Shown here: piece after piece, positions 19,079-28,718 of the stretch
Layout of the letters: each line of letters starts with the position of its first letter
How positions within the stretch are numbered: position 1 is the first letter of the stretch
Source: Bdellovibrionota bacterium
GTDB lineage: Bacteria > Bdellovibrionota > UBA1018 > UBA923
Direction of reading: 5' to 3'
Length of the DNA stretch: 48,408 nt
NCBI GenBank assembly: GCA_040754655.1
Contig: JBFMCE010000013.1
Location: 1-48,408, forward strand
The notes under the pieces: generated by a model
What the model saw: only the letters and a program-made list of their open reading frames with translations
The model's database searches: none
Told to the model about the DNA's origin: nothing
Position numbers and translations under genes: made by a program

Positions 19079-19243
19079 CTATGCAGCTCGTTCCCCGGGA
19101 TGATGGCGTTGAACATCTCTGTCTTCTGTTTCAAACCGAGCTTCAGCAGTCAATCTCGCATCGCCCCGCTGTAAAACGGCCAGGCATACTGGGAAAATGA
19201 TCGTGAGAGCTCCTAGGATCCACCACATCAGCTCAACCTGCAT
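19079..19243 (-). CDS. Small single-TM hypothetical protein, 54 aa
   Basis: GGAG RBS before ATG 19243; MQVELMWWILGALTIIFPVCLAVLQR. Confidence 0.45.
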   Translation of the reverse strand: MQVELMWWILGALTIIFPVCLAVLQRGDARLTAEARFETEDRDVQRHHPGERAA

Positions 19244-19267
19244 CTTGTTTCGCTCCGGCGTTAAATG

Positions 19268-19304
19268 GCTCAAGGTTTCAATCGCTGCAATTGAAACCTT
19301 GAGC
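19268..19304. terminator. Perfect 15-bp inverted repeat (terminator- or operator-like)
   Basis: GCTCAAGGTTTCAAT-cgctgca-ATTGAAACCTTGAGC, 30 bp downstream of the GIY-YIG stop; weak U-tract. Confidence 0.55.
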
Positions 19305-19333
19305 AAAATCCAAGCCAGCAAAATCTTAATCGT

Positions 19334-19771
19334 TTATGAAGCCCATTCCCTGGAATCCGCGGACTCTAGCGCGGCAAAGCACCCTGAGAGCAACGCCGTC
19401 TTTCCGGTACTGAACACCGCCGTATCGGGGAAAGGGAACTCATGGATGAAGTCCCAGTTTTCCTTGGGTTTATGCTCATGGATCAAGGCCGCTTCTACGC
19501 GATTGCGATCGAAAATGACCGGAGTGAAGGAATAACACAGCGTCTCATCATCTTTGAGATGCTCTTTCCACAATGCTCTCTTCTCATGCCCCAGAATTCT
19601 CGTGCGCACCCGATCGGACTCACCGATATAAAGGAGCTCTCGAAGATACACTTTTCGCTCAAGCAAATCGTGCTTGCCTCGGTAAACGCAGTAGACGCCC
19701 GATCGGTCGGGAATGAAAGATTCACTTGCTTCCGTCCAATACCCCTCGAATTCCAAAACTATCTCTCTCAT
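19334..19771 (-). CDS. GIY-YIG nuclease family protein
   Basis: SGVYCVY...LYIGES..VRTRI..H...EAALI..HKP.EN; AGAGGA RBS before ATG 19771. Confidence 0.85.
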   Translation of the reverse strand: MREIVLEFEGYWTEASESFIPDRSGVYCVYRGKHDLLERKVYLRELLYIGESDRVRTRILGHEKRALWKEHLKDDETLCYSFTPVIFDRNRVEAALIHEHKPKENWDFIHEFPFPDTAVFSTGKTALLSGCFAALESADSREWAS

Positions 19772-19946
19772 ATTAACGCATCCTCTATATGACAATGTTT
19801 TCAGTTTGGTTATATCTGCTGTTCAGAATTGAAATGCGCCAAAGAGATGGTTTTTTTGGTCAATTTTTTTGATGACGAGCAGGTAAGGACAAGGACGATC
19901 AGCGACTAGAGCGTATGCAGCTTGAAACACGACACGAGACGACACG

Positions 19947-20615
19947 ATGAAAGACACCATACAACTTTTTAGGGAAGCGGACTGGAACAACATCACTCTG
20001 CGGCTGGTGAAGTACGCGCTCTTCAAAGTGCGACGGTTGGAATGGAAGACAGGCAACTTCCTGCCGAAAGGGCTGCTGCCAGAGGACATCGCGCTGGAGG
20101 CGATCAGAAAGACTTGCGAGGGCATCGTGGCCCAGGCCAGCGGAAAGGGGATTCGGAACTGGAATCCCGAAGTCGAACCTGAGTTGCTCGAGCATCTAAA
20201 AGGCGTTGTCGACAGCGACGTTTCGGCGCTCGTGCGTTCGGCCGAGCATCGCCTCACAAACTATTCCGCAAAAATTTCGTCGTATGAAGCCAATGAGGCC
20301 GTATCCCAAAGCCTCGATTCAGGCCTGGCTGTTTCATGCCAGGCTTATGGCTCGAGCGCGGAAGAACAGATCATTGAATATGAAAACGCCGCAAATGAGG
20401 AACAACGATTGGAAACACTGCTCAAAGACCTCTACCTGATGTGCATCGACAACGAAGAAGAATTGGTCGTGCTCTTGGCCTTCCAGGAAGCCGCGAAAAA
20501 GCACGACAAGGTAAAATTCGATCTCGTCGCGAAGTACGCCGGACTCGACGAGAAGACGGCACGCAACGCGATTCGAAGGCTTACTCGCAAGGCAGAAAAG
20601 AGAAGAGTCGGATGA
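19947..20615 (+). CDS. Divergent sigma-70/ECF-like protein
   Basis: LVKYA...PEDIALEAI (region 2-like), RNWNP, C-terminal HTH (LVAKYAGLDEKTARNAIRRL). Confidence 0.65.
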   Translation: MKDTIQLFREADWNNITLRLVKYALFKVRRLEWKTGNFLPKGLLPEDIALEAIRKTCEGIVAQASGKGIRNWNPEVEPELLEHLKGVVDSDVSALVRSAEHRLTNYSAKISSYEANEAVSQSLDSGLAVSCQAYGSSAEEQIIEYENAANEEQRLETLLKDLYLMCIDNEEELVVLLAFQEAAKKHDKVKFDLVAKYAGLDEKTARNAIRRLTRKAEKRRVG

Positions 20616-21007
20616 ACAAACTTTTGGATTTCTTGTACAACAGTGACACGATCGACACAAATGAGCTGCGAAAAGACCTCTCCTCGCTGGGGATCGACGT
20701 CGCTGATGTCGAAAATCGGGCAGCGCGAATCATTGCATCGACTGAACGCAGTTTGAACTTGAGTTGGATTGAACGCGCGCGAACGCGGCAATCTCAATTC
20801 GAAGAAAAGCTCAGGCAGAGTTCGCTGCGGCTCTCTGAGGCCTTCAAAGACCGGAGACGCTTCGTCGAGAACCTTCTTTCGGGCAGGATGGGTTCGCCCC
20901 TGAAAGAGCGCGCGGCTGTTTTTTTCCGGAATCAAAACCCAGCGGATATTTCGGAAGAAGAGCTCAAGTCTTTTCTTGAAGACTGCGAATTATTGGATCT
21001 CTTATGA
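20612..21007 (+). CDS. Hypothetical protein (candidate anti-sigma or peptidase substrate)
   Basis: MNKLLDFLY... 131 aa; ATGA overlaps with both flanking genes. Confidence 0.7.
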   Translation: MNKLLDFLYNSDTIDTNELRKDLSSLGIDVADVENRAARIIASTERSLNLSWIERARTRQSQFEEKLRQSSLRLSEAFKDRRRFVENLLSGRMGSPLKERAAVFFRNQNPADISEEELKSFLEDCELLDLL

Positions 21008-21846
21008 CGCTCGCAAAGATAAAAGCCCGTCAGATTCTGCAAGAACTGAACATCGACACCCCTGAGCTCTTACGAAACCTAAAGGAAATTTGCTGTGAGC
21101 GCGGCGTGTTCGTCAGATCGGCTCCCTTAAAGAGCGCCGAGGCCAGGCTCACCGTGGCTGGCCAGCGAGGCATCATCACCGTAGACGCGAACGCAGCCTA
21201 CGAGGCTCGCCAACGTTTTTCAATCGCGCATGAACTTGGCCATTTTGAGTTGCACCGAAACAGGCAGTCGCTCTTGAGCTGCGATCAGCATGCTGTCAAT
21301 CGGTGGTCTTATTCCCAAAAAGAAGAGGCCGACCTTGAAACAGAGGCCAACGAGTTCGCCTCTGAGCTTTTGTTGCCCGAAAGTTTCTTGCTACCCGAAA
21401 TAAGACGAATCAGACCCAGCATCGCTTTTTTAGAACGCCTCGCGATTCGTTTTCAAACCTCGCTTTTCGCGACAACCCGGCGTTTTATCGAACTCACCGA
21501 AGAAGCATGCGCCGCCGTCTTTTTCCGAAACTTCTCAGTGCTCTACAGCTGGAAGTCGGATCCACTGGCCAAACAGCCTTATCGAATCGAGGGCAAAATC
21601 AGTCCGCACTCCTACGCATATGACGCTTGCCAGGGAAAAGAACTTCCCGATCACTTCTCGCCCGTCGAAGCGTCAAGCTGGTTCAAAGCGCCCGGGCGTC
21701 TCGCGGAGGAACCTCTTTTAGAGGAATCGCGATACTTTCCCAGCCTCAATCTGGGGATGGCTTTGATCTGGGTGCAGGCAACCCACCTGATGAAGCCAGA
21801 AAAAAAATTTCCATATCAAGAATCCATCGCGAGAGCATGGCTTTAA
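21004..21846 (+). CDS. ImmA/IrrE family Zn metallopeptidase
   Basis: RQRFSIAHELGH, ETEANEFASELLLP, F-x-TS helix and GAF-like C-terminal extension. Confidence 0.92.
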   Translation: MTLAKIKARQILQELNIDTPELLRNLKEICCERGVFVRSAPLKSAEARLTVAGQRGIITVDANAAYEARQRFSIAHELGHFELHRNRQSLLSCDQHAVNRWSYSQKEEADLETEANEFASELLLPESFLLPEIRRIRPSIAFLERLAIRFQTSLFATTRRFIELTEEACAAVFFRNFSVLYSWKSDPLAKQPYRIEGKISPHSYAYDACQGKELPDHFSPVEASSWFKAPGRLAEEPLLEESRYFPSLNLGMALIWVQATHLMKPEKKFPYQESIARAWL

Positions 21847-21893
21847 CGGAGCAAGGTTTAAAATTGGTACTGGCGTTGCAGAGAGTCCAAGTC

Positions 21894-22094
21894 ATGCGAG
21901 CTCCGCTTCCGATCGCCGCTTTCCTAACTATCGCATTCGGCTGCCTGATTGCCGTCAAGTTTGCGCCGCGCAAAAGCACTCCGCTTCCGGCGTCACCGAG
22001 CCGATCAAACCCTATTGAAATCAGCGATGGTGATTTTATTGACCAAGACGGAAATCTCACTGTGGATCGGAAAGCGAGGCCTCACGCCAGTTAA
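21894..22094 (+). CDS. Small membrane-anchored hypothetical protein
   Basis: MRAPLPIAAFLTIAFGCLIAVKF TM plus Pro-rich linker; start uncertain (alternative 21837). Confidence 0.4.
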   Translation: MRAPLPIAAFLTIAFGCLIAVKFAPRKSTPLPASPSRSNPIEISDGDFIDQDGNLTVDRKARPHAS

Positions 22095-22481
22095 CTACCT
22101 CGACGCCCCGAAGAAGAAACGATCAACCTTGAGCGCCCAACCGCGATTTCTTTCGATGCTTCGGTAAACAGTCTCGGCAAGGCGCAGCATCGGTTTGGTT
22201 AGCCCAATTTTTGCGAATTCCTGCATTCCGTTAGAGCGGTGTAAGAGCAAAACCTGGAATACGGCTTCAGCGCCTTGAAACCGAACTCCGCTCTCATCAA
22301 TCCATTGGACTGCCTTTTCGGCGTCTTCCCGCTTCACCCCGAATTGCTCTAAAACAACCGCGTTTTGAAACGGTTCACGGCGGATTTCGACTCGCAGCTT
22401 GCTTGTCACCCGCTTAACCCACCGCACGCAAAACTCGCATTCGCCATCGTAAATCAGCACCGGCAGGGGTACCTTTTCCAT
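22095..22481 (-). CDS. DCC1-like thiol-disulfide oxidoreductase (DUF393)
   Basis: LIYDGECEFC, GAEAV, Y..I.RNR; GAGGA RBS. Confidence 0.88.
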   Translation of the reverse strand: MEKVPLPVLIYDGECEFCVRWVKRVTSKLRVEIRREPFQNAVVLEQFGVKREDAEKAVQWIDESGVRFQGAEAVFQVLLLHRSNGMQEFAKIGLTKPMLRLAETVYRSIERNRGWALKVDRFFFGASR

Positions 22482-22611
22482 CTTTTCCTCGTTGATGCAA
22501 ACTTCGCAAAAAACTTGCATTGGTAAAACAAAATTCAATTGCAATGCATACTCAAACTACGCTCTTGTCTTCTCATTTAAGATGCCACATGCTTTTTCGA
22601 GAGGAACGTCC

Positions 22612-24222
22612 ATGAAAAAAATCTTGGCTTGGTTTTTATTCGCAACATCTGTCGCCCTCACGCACACTTTCAGCGCATTTGCGACGAACGGTCAAGGCAC
22701 CTTTTATCTGCACATCAACACCGATCCGACGACCTTGAATCCGATCACGTCAACTGATGGATATGCTTCAGACGTCCAAAGTTATGTATTCGACAGCCTT
22801 CTGAATCGAGATGAAAACACTTACTCTTGGATCGCGGGCTTGGCGGAAAAATGGGACATCTCGAAGGATGGTAAAGTATTTACATTTACGCTCCGCGACG
22901 GAGTGAAATGGCACGATGGCAAACCGCTCACCATCGAGGACGTGAAATATAGTTTCGACGTGTTTTTCGAGGGCCGCTTCAAAGCGCCTCACATGATGAG
23001 TTATCTTCAAGGCATCAAAGAAGTGAAGATCATCGACCCCAAAACCGTGCAATTCATCACCAAAGAGACTTACTTCAAGAATTTCGACATCGCGGCCGGA
23101 ATCCCGATCATCCCAAAACATTTTTACGGCGAGGGCGATGCAGCCAACCCGAAGTTCAACAAAGAGCTCGTGGGCACGGGTCCTTACATGCTCACTGAGT
23201 GGACCAAGGGGCAACGCATCGTGCTCAAGAAAAATCCCCAGTACTGGGGCGCAAACGCTCCATACTACAAAGACCGCTATCACTTCGCCCGTTTGTTTTT
23301 TCGACCCGTCAAGGAAGAAGCCGTGGCGCTTGAGCTTCTTAAAAAAGGCGACATCGACTTCCTAGGCCTTACCCCAGAGCAATACATGCAAAAAACCAAG
23401 GGCTCAGAGTGGGGTACCAAGGTCATCGCGGTAAAAACGGAAAACAGCTCGCCAGCCAATTACAGTTACGGATTCGTGGGATGGAATGGCAAGCATCCGT
23501 TCTTCAAAGACAAGGAAGTTCGAACGGCGATGTCTCATTTGATCAACCGCGACTTCATGATCAATAAATTCCTGTTTGGGTTGGTTGAAAAAGCGGTTGG
23601 CCCGTTTGGAAACAAAAGCCCGTCAACTTCGGCTAAAGTAAAACCCATTGCATACGACCCCAAAAAAGCCTTGGCGCTGCTGCAAAAACAAGGTTGGAAA
23701 TTGGGCGCGCAAGGGCTTGTGAAAAACATCGATGGCAAAGAGACGCCATTCGAGTTCACTTTGCTCAGCGCAAACCCCGACTACGAAAAATACTTCACGG
23801 TCATCAAAGAAGACATGAAGAAAGTCGGCATCACGATGAACATCAAGATCCTTGAATGGAACAGTTTTGTGAAACTCCTGGATGAGCGCAAGTTCGACGC
23901 GGTCAACCTTGCCTGGTCGGTTCCCATTGAACAAGACCCAAAACAATTGTTCCATTCGGAGTCCATCCCAGGGCCAGGGCACAACTTCGTGAGTTACAAC
24001 AACCCCCAGGTGGACAAGCTGATCGAAGAGTACCGAGGCACGATGGATGTCGCGAAACGGCGCAAGCTTTCCCACCGCATCCATGAACATATTGCTGAGG
24101 ATCAACCCTACAGTTTCTTGTTCAATCGGAAATTTTCACTCTATGCGCACACGGCGCGCGTCAAGAAGAAGCGACCCACCTTGAAGTACGGGATCGGAAT
24201 CAGCACTTGGAGAGTCGACTAA
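22612..24222 (+). CDS. Peptide ABC transporter substrate-binding protein (family 5)
   Basis: DPTTLNP, LAEKW..S.DG..FTFTLR.GVKWHDG, GTGPY, VR.AM; GAGGA RBS. Confidence 0.93.
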   Translation: MKKILAWFLFATSVALTHTFSAFATNGQGTFYLHINTDPTTLNPITSTDGYASDVQSYVFDSLLNRDENTYSWIAGLAEKWDISKDGKVFTFTLRDGVKWHDGKPLTIEDVKYSFDVFFEGRFKAPHMMSYLQGIKEVKIIDPKTVQFITKETYFKNFDIAAGIPIIPKHFYGEGDAANPKFNKELVGTGPYMLTEWTKGQRIVLKKNPQYWGANAPYYKDRYHFARLFFRPVKEEAVALELLKKGDIDFLGLTPEQYMQKTKGSEWGTKVIAVKTENSSPANYSYGFVGWNGKHPFFKDKEVRTAMSHLINRDFMINKFLFGLVEKAVGPFGNKSPSTSAKVKPIAYDPKKALALLQKQGWKLGAQGLVKNIDGKETPFEFTLLSANPDYEKYFTVIKEDMKKVGITMNIKILEWNSFVKLLDERKFDAVNLAWSVPIEQDPKQLFHSESIPGPGHNFVSYNNPQVDKLIEEYRGTMDVAKRRKLSHRIHEHIAEDQPYSFLFNRKFSLYAHTARVKKKRPTLKYGIGISTWRVD

Positions 24223-24228
24223 AGACCG

Positions 24229-25266
24229 ATGTTTACCTACCTTTTACGAAGGCTACTCGCGATCTTTCCGACTCTTTTTGGCATCACGCTGATCGCCTTC
24301 TTGATCATCAACCTCGCCCCCGGCGGCCCGATCGAGCAGCGGTTGCAACAGATCCGCTTCGGAGCTTTGACCGCAGAGGGATCCGGATCGCAAGGCTCAT
24401 CGGGACGAGGCCAGCAAGGAGTGAGCGAGGAAGTGATCGCGGAACTCAAGAAGCAATACGGATTCGATAAACCTTTACTTGCGCGTTACGGGATTTGGCT
24501 AAAAAACTTGGCTCGCCTCGATTTCGGAAAAAGCTTCTCTTATGAGGAGCCCGTAACAGACGTGATCCTGCGAAAAATGCCCGTCTCGTTGCAGTTCGGG
24601 ATCACGAGTTTTATTTTGAGCTACCTGGTCTGCATCCCTCTGGGGATCCGAAAGGCTGTCCGCCACGGGAGCTTCTTCGATGCCGCCAGTTCAGTGGTGC
24701 TCTTCATGGCTTATTCCACGCCCTCATTCATGCTCGCCATTTTGCTGATCGTTCTTTTCGGCGGAGGAAGCTTTCTGGATTGGTTTCCCATCACCGGCGT
24801 CGTCTCAGACGACTACGAAGACTTGAACGCGCTCGGGAAACTCTACGATCGCGCGCATCATTTCGTCCTGCCTCTGATTTGTTATATGATCGGCCACTTC
24901 ACGACGCTCACGATTTTGATGAAGAACTCTTTGCTAGAGGAAATCAAAAAAGACTACGTGCGAACCGCTTACGCAAAAGGGCTTTCTGAAACGGTAATAG
25001 TCTATAAGCACGCGTTGCGAAACGCTCTCATCCCAATCGCAACCGGCTTTGGCGGCTTTCTCTCGATCTTCTTCACTGGCAGCCTTTTGATTGAAACGAT
25101 CTTCAGTTTAGACGGGATGGGCTTATTGGGTTATCAATCCATCCTGGCGAGAGATTATAACGTCGTCATGGGCCTGCTTGTGATTCAAAGCTTTTTGTTT
25201 CTCATCGGCAATATCATCAGCGACCTGCTTTACGTCGTTGTTGATCCTCGAATCGATTTTGCATGA
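24229..25266 (+). CDS. Peptide ABC transporter permease (YejB/OppB-like)
   Basis: LRRLL..PTL.GI...APGGP, LDFGKS, DYVRTAYAKGL, HALRNA. Confidence 0.93.
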   Translation: MFTYLLRRLLAIFPTLFGITLIAFLIINLAPGGPIEQRLQQIRFGALTAEGSGSQGSSGRGQQGVSEEVIAELKKQYGFDKPLLARYGIWLKNLARLDFGKSFSYEEPVTDVILRKMPVSLQFGITSFILSYLVCIPLGIRKAVRHGSFFDAASSVVLFMAYSTPSFMLAILLIVLFGGGSFLDWFPITGVVSDDYEDLNALGKLYDRAHHFVLPLICYMIGHFTTLTILMKNSLLEEIKKDYVRTAYAKGLSETVIVYKHALRNALIPIATGFGGFLSIFFTGSLLIETIFSLDGMGLLGYQSILARDYNVVMGLLVIQSFLFLIGNIISDLLYVVVDPRIDFA

Positions 25267-26276
25267 AGAAAATAACGATCAATCCCATCACCCAAAGAAG
25301 GATTCGAGTTTTTCGGTCAAACCGACTCGCGATGTTCTCGTTGATACTGCTGATGATCGTTTTTGCCGGCAGTTGTTTCTCGGAATGGATCGCAAACGAT
25401 CGCCCCTACATCATGCGTCATCAAGGCAAATTTTACTTCCCGTTGCTGCGCAAGCCGTCGGCCATCGAACTTGGCATTCAAGACTCTTACAGCGTCGATT
25501 ATAAAAAACTGGCAAAAGAGCCAGGCAACTGGGCGGTCTTTCCGCCCGTTCGTTTCAACCCTTATCAAAGCAACGAGGCCGTAAATTCTTATCCCGGCCC
25601 TCCGACCTGGGAAAATCCTCTTGGGACCGATGACCGAGGGCGCGATGTGTTTGCCAGGCTCCTCTATGGGTTTCGCATTTCGTTTGCCTATTCCATCGGA
25701 ACTTGGCTCCTCGCCTACTCGATTGGGGTGGCGTTTGGCCTCGCAATGGGTTTTTTCGGCGGCAAGATCGACTTCATCGGCCAACGCGTGGTCGAGGTGA
25801 TGAGCAGCGTGCCGCAATTTTTTTTATTGATCATCCTGATCTCGATCTTTGACCCTAGCCTTACCCTCCTTGTAGCCATCACCTCGGTCTTCGGTTGGAT
25901 CTCGATCTCGTATTATATGAGAGCTGAAGGACTAAGGCTCAGACGCCTGGAATTCGTGGAAGCGGCACGAGCGCTTGGACTGCCTTTATGGAAGATCCTT
26001 TTCAGGCATGTGCTTCCCAATGCCCTGACCCCCATCATCACGTTTTCTCCGTTTGCGATTGCAGCCGGCATCACGGGACTTGCGGCGCTAGATTACCTGG
26101 GATTTGGGCTGGCTCCTCCTACTCCCAGTTGGGGAGAGCTCTTGAACCAAGCAAAAAAGCATTTCACCACTGCCTGGTGGCTAGCCTTGTTTCCCTCGAC
26201 AGCGCTTTTTGGAACGCTCACGCTCTTGAGTTTTGTCGGCGAAGGGCTTCGAAATGCTTTTGATCCGAAGCGGTAG
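25263..26276 (+). CDS. Peptide ABC transporter permease (YejE/OppC-like)
   Basis: LGTDDRGRDV.ARL.YGFR.S, EFVEAARALG, LDYLGFG, GEGLRNAFDP. Confidence 0.93.
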   Translation: MKKITINPITQRRIRVFRSNRLAMFSLILLMIVFAGSCFSEWIANDRPYIMRHQGKFYFPLLRKPSAIELGIQDSYSVDYKKLAKEPGNWAVFPPVRFNPYQSNEAVNSYPGPPTWENPLGTDDRGRDVFARLLYGFRISFAYSIGTWLLAYSIGVAFGLAMGFFGGKIDFIGQRVVEVMSSVPQFFLLIILISIFDPSLTLLVAITSVFGWISISYYMRAEGLRLRRLEFVEAARALGLPLWKILFRHVLPNALTPIITFSPFAIAAGITGLAALDYLGFGLAPPTPSWGELLNQAKKHFTTAWWLALFPSTALFGTLTLLSFVGEGLRNAFDPKR

Positions 26277-26403
26277 CGGACCACCATAACTCCACCTGGG
26301 GATCCGCTTCTGAAGCCGTTTTTGAAGGAACTTTTTCGTGAATTGCCTTGTGTGGCAGAGTAGTTTAAGCTAAAAACGCATGTCTCAAGCAACTTGGGTA
26401 TAG

Positions 26404-28068
26404 ATGAAAAAATTTACTGACGTTCTTTCTCCATTGAGCTGGCTGTACTTTATAGTTCCTCTGTTCATAAACCTTGTGCTCTTTTTCCGACCCTCGCTTG
26501 AAGAGTTCGTCTTAGTCATCCTGGTTGATACGATTGCGCTCGTTCCAGCGGCCATCATTGAGCTCAAACTCTTTAGAAAACTTTACCCCGAGAGCGCGCT
26601 TTATTTTCCGACGGTCGACGAGCAAAAGCTCAAATCGCTTTCCGACGCTGAAGTTGCCGGTTTGCTCAAGTCTTTGATGGCTTATCCAGAACGTCGTGCA
26701 CGCCACTTCGCCATCGCAAGCATCATCAAGGTGCTTCCGGCCGGCTTGATCATCATTTTCAAATGGGAACACGAGGTGTCTCGCCTTGAGCAAGCGCTCA
26801 AGTTTCTAGCCATTGAAGCAGTCGCCTTTGCTTACCTGTATGGCGCGATGTACATCGAAATCCATGACTTCGTTTCGCGGAAGATAGCCGACTTTCATAA
26901 GAAGTTTAACTGGCAGAGCGCTTTCCACAGCCTACCGATCGCTAAACCAAAGTCAGAGTTCTTCGCTCAAGAGAATGTCTCTCTTTTCTCAGTTATGTTG
27001 CTTTCAGTCGCGTTGCTTTGGGTAGTGGTAAGCCCAAGCTCGGTACAGAACTCCACTCAGCTCCGGCTCGAGGTGCTTTCAGTGGGCGTCGTGGGGCTCG
27101 CTCTTTCGGGAAGGATCTACTACCTCAATCGAAAGTATTTCGTCGGCGGATTGCAACAACTTTTCCAAACCTTTGAATCGTTGGATTTTGGGAAGAACGA
27201 CTTCGTGATCCCATTGCATTCTTCGTCGCTATTAGCGCGCTTCGAATCCACGTTCAACGCTCTCTCGAACCGGTTGCGCGCCAGGGAAATCGAACTGACC
27301 CAATGGGTGCGCTACGAGGCTGAGCAGAGCAGGTTTCGGGCTCTGGGAGAGATCTCCGGCCTGATCGCCCATGACCTCGCGGGGCCCCTGCACGTCATAC
27401 AGTTTTGCACCTCTGAACTGACCCAGACGAACCAAGGAGGCGAGCAAGGGCGCTTCCTTCAACAACTGTCGACCAATACCGATCGAGCATTAGAGCTCGT
27501 CACGTCTTTGAGGGCCTACCTCAAGAATCCCGACTCAAAACTCCAGGAAGCCTCTCTTGTCGAGGCTCATAGGTACGTTCTGCAACTCTTGAACACCCAG
27601 TACCGCCGCCACGGGTTCAATGAACGCATGACGTTTGACCTCGATCCCAAGCTCAATGACGTCGTGCTCGGAATCTCAAGAATCGATCTCGTCCACATCC
27701 TAGACAATCTTTATAAGAACAGCGTGCAGAACATCTTGGATAACGCGATTCCTCATGGAGAGATCCGAGTCAAACTGCACAGAAACGATCGAAGCAAACT
27801 CATTCTTTGGATACAAGACAATGGCACTGGCCTGACCACTGAAAGGTTCGAGGAAATGACCGCGCCTGTCTTGGTGAGCAAGAACACTGCCGCTCCCCGA
27901 GCAGGCCTGGGGCTTCGGCTGACAAGACGCTTGATCGAACGAAATGAGGGCCGCCTTGAAGTCGTCGCGAGTGACGCCGGCCGAGGCACGGTGTTCCTGC
28001 TCACGATCGGCCTGCCAAAACAGAAGTTTATGAATGAAACACAAGTCACAGGAGGTTCTGGTGATTAG
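26404..28068 (+). CDS. Membrane-bound sensor histidine kinase
   Basis: About 6 TM N-terminus; IAHDLAGPL H-box, NLYKNS N-box, DNGTG, GLGL. Confidence 0.9.
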   Translation: MKKFTDVLSPLSWLYFIVPLFINLVLFFRPSLEEFVLVILVDTIALVPAAIIELKLFRKLYPESALYFPTVDEQKLKSLSDAEVAGLLKSLMAYPERRARHFAIASIIKVLPAGLIIIFKWEHEVSRLEQALKFLAIEAVAFAYLYGAMYIEIHDFVSRKIADFHKKFNWQSAFHSLPIAKPKSEFFAQENVSLFSVMLLSVALLWVVVSPSSVQNSTQLRLEVLSVGVVGLALSGRIYYLNRKYFVGGLQQLFQTFESLDFGKNDFVIPLHSSSLLARFESTFNALSNRLRAREIELTQWVRYEAEQSRFRALGEISGLIAHDLAGPLHVIQFCTSELTQTNQGGEQGRFLQQLSTNTDRALELVTSLRAYLKNPDSKLQEASLVEAHRYVLQLLNTQYRRHGFNERMTFDLDPKLNDVVLGISRIDLVHILDNLYKNSVQNILDNAIPHGEIRVKLHRNDRSKLILWIQDNGTGLTTERFEEMTAPVLVSKNTAAPRAGLGLRLTRRLIERNEGRLEVVASDAGRGTVFLLTIGLPKQKFMNETQVTGGSGD

Positions 28069-28718
28069 TGAAAGATCCATATGGATATTGGAAGACGATT
28101 CGGGTTGCCGCTTCGTATACGAGCAAATCCTGGGCATTCGCCACAAAGTGCGCTTCTTTCAAACACTGGTCGAATTTGAATTCGCATTGAGCGAGGGGCA
28201 AAAGTCGCTACCTGAGCTTGTTTTAGCCGATGTGGTGCTTGAAGACGGATCATTTCTGCACTTTCTCAACCACTCGCAGAAGAAAGAGCTGCTCTCGATC
28301 CCCTTCATCGTGGTCTCGTCAATCGACGACATCGACGCCTTGCGCTTTTGCTTCAACGAAGGAGCCGTCGACTATCTGGTAAAGCCTTTCCAAAAATCCG
28401 AGCTGATCGTAAAGGTCGAACGCATCCTTGAAAAAAAAACCAAGCGTGGTTGGGAATTCGCTGCCCGACTTTTCTGAGCTCACCTTGAAAGAACAGCAAC
28501 TTCTTTCGCTGTTCTTGAACTCGCGAGATCAAAGCGTCTCCCGCACCGAGATCCTCGCGCAAATTTGGAAGAACGCCAAAGTAGACCCCAAGACCGTCGA
28601 CGTTCACCTTTATAATTTACGCCGCAAAATACAAAACGGCGGGATAGAGATCAGGTCAACGAGCTCTGGGCGGTGGCAGCTTTTAAACCACCGGATGAAT
28701 CAGGAACTCGTCAGATAG
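28061..28718 (+). pseudogene. OmpR-family response regulator split by a one-base frameshift in an A9 run (receiver 28061-28477, wHTH 28428-28718)
   Basis: Receiver ILEDD/LVLAD/GAVDYLVKPF; wHTH LTLKE..LL, SRTEIL..IW, TVDVHLYNLRRKI. A9 at 28431-28439; A8 would give in-frame ERILEKKPSVVG. GGAGG RBS before GTG 28061. Confidence 0.85.

Noticed and set aside
20441..20611. Long N-terminal extension of the middle gene of the sigma/IrrE triad
   Set aside because: It lies inside the sigma-like gene; the ATGA-coupled start at 20612 is more plausible.
19334..21846. Prophage or ICE assignment based on the ImmA-like peptidase and GIY-YIG nuclease
   Set aside because: No integrase, att-like repeats, or phage structural or conjugation genes were seen nearby.
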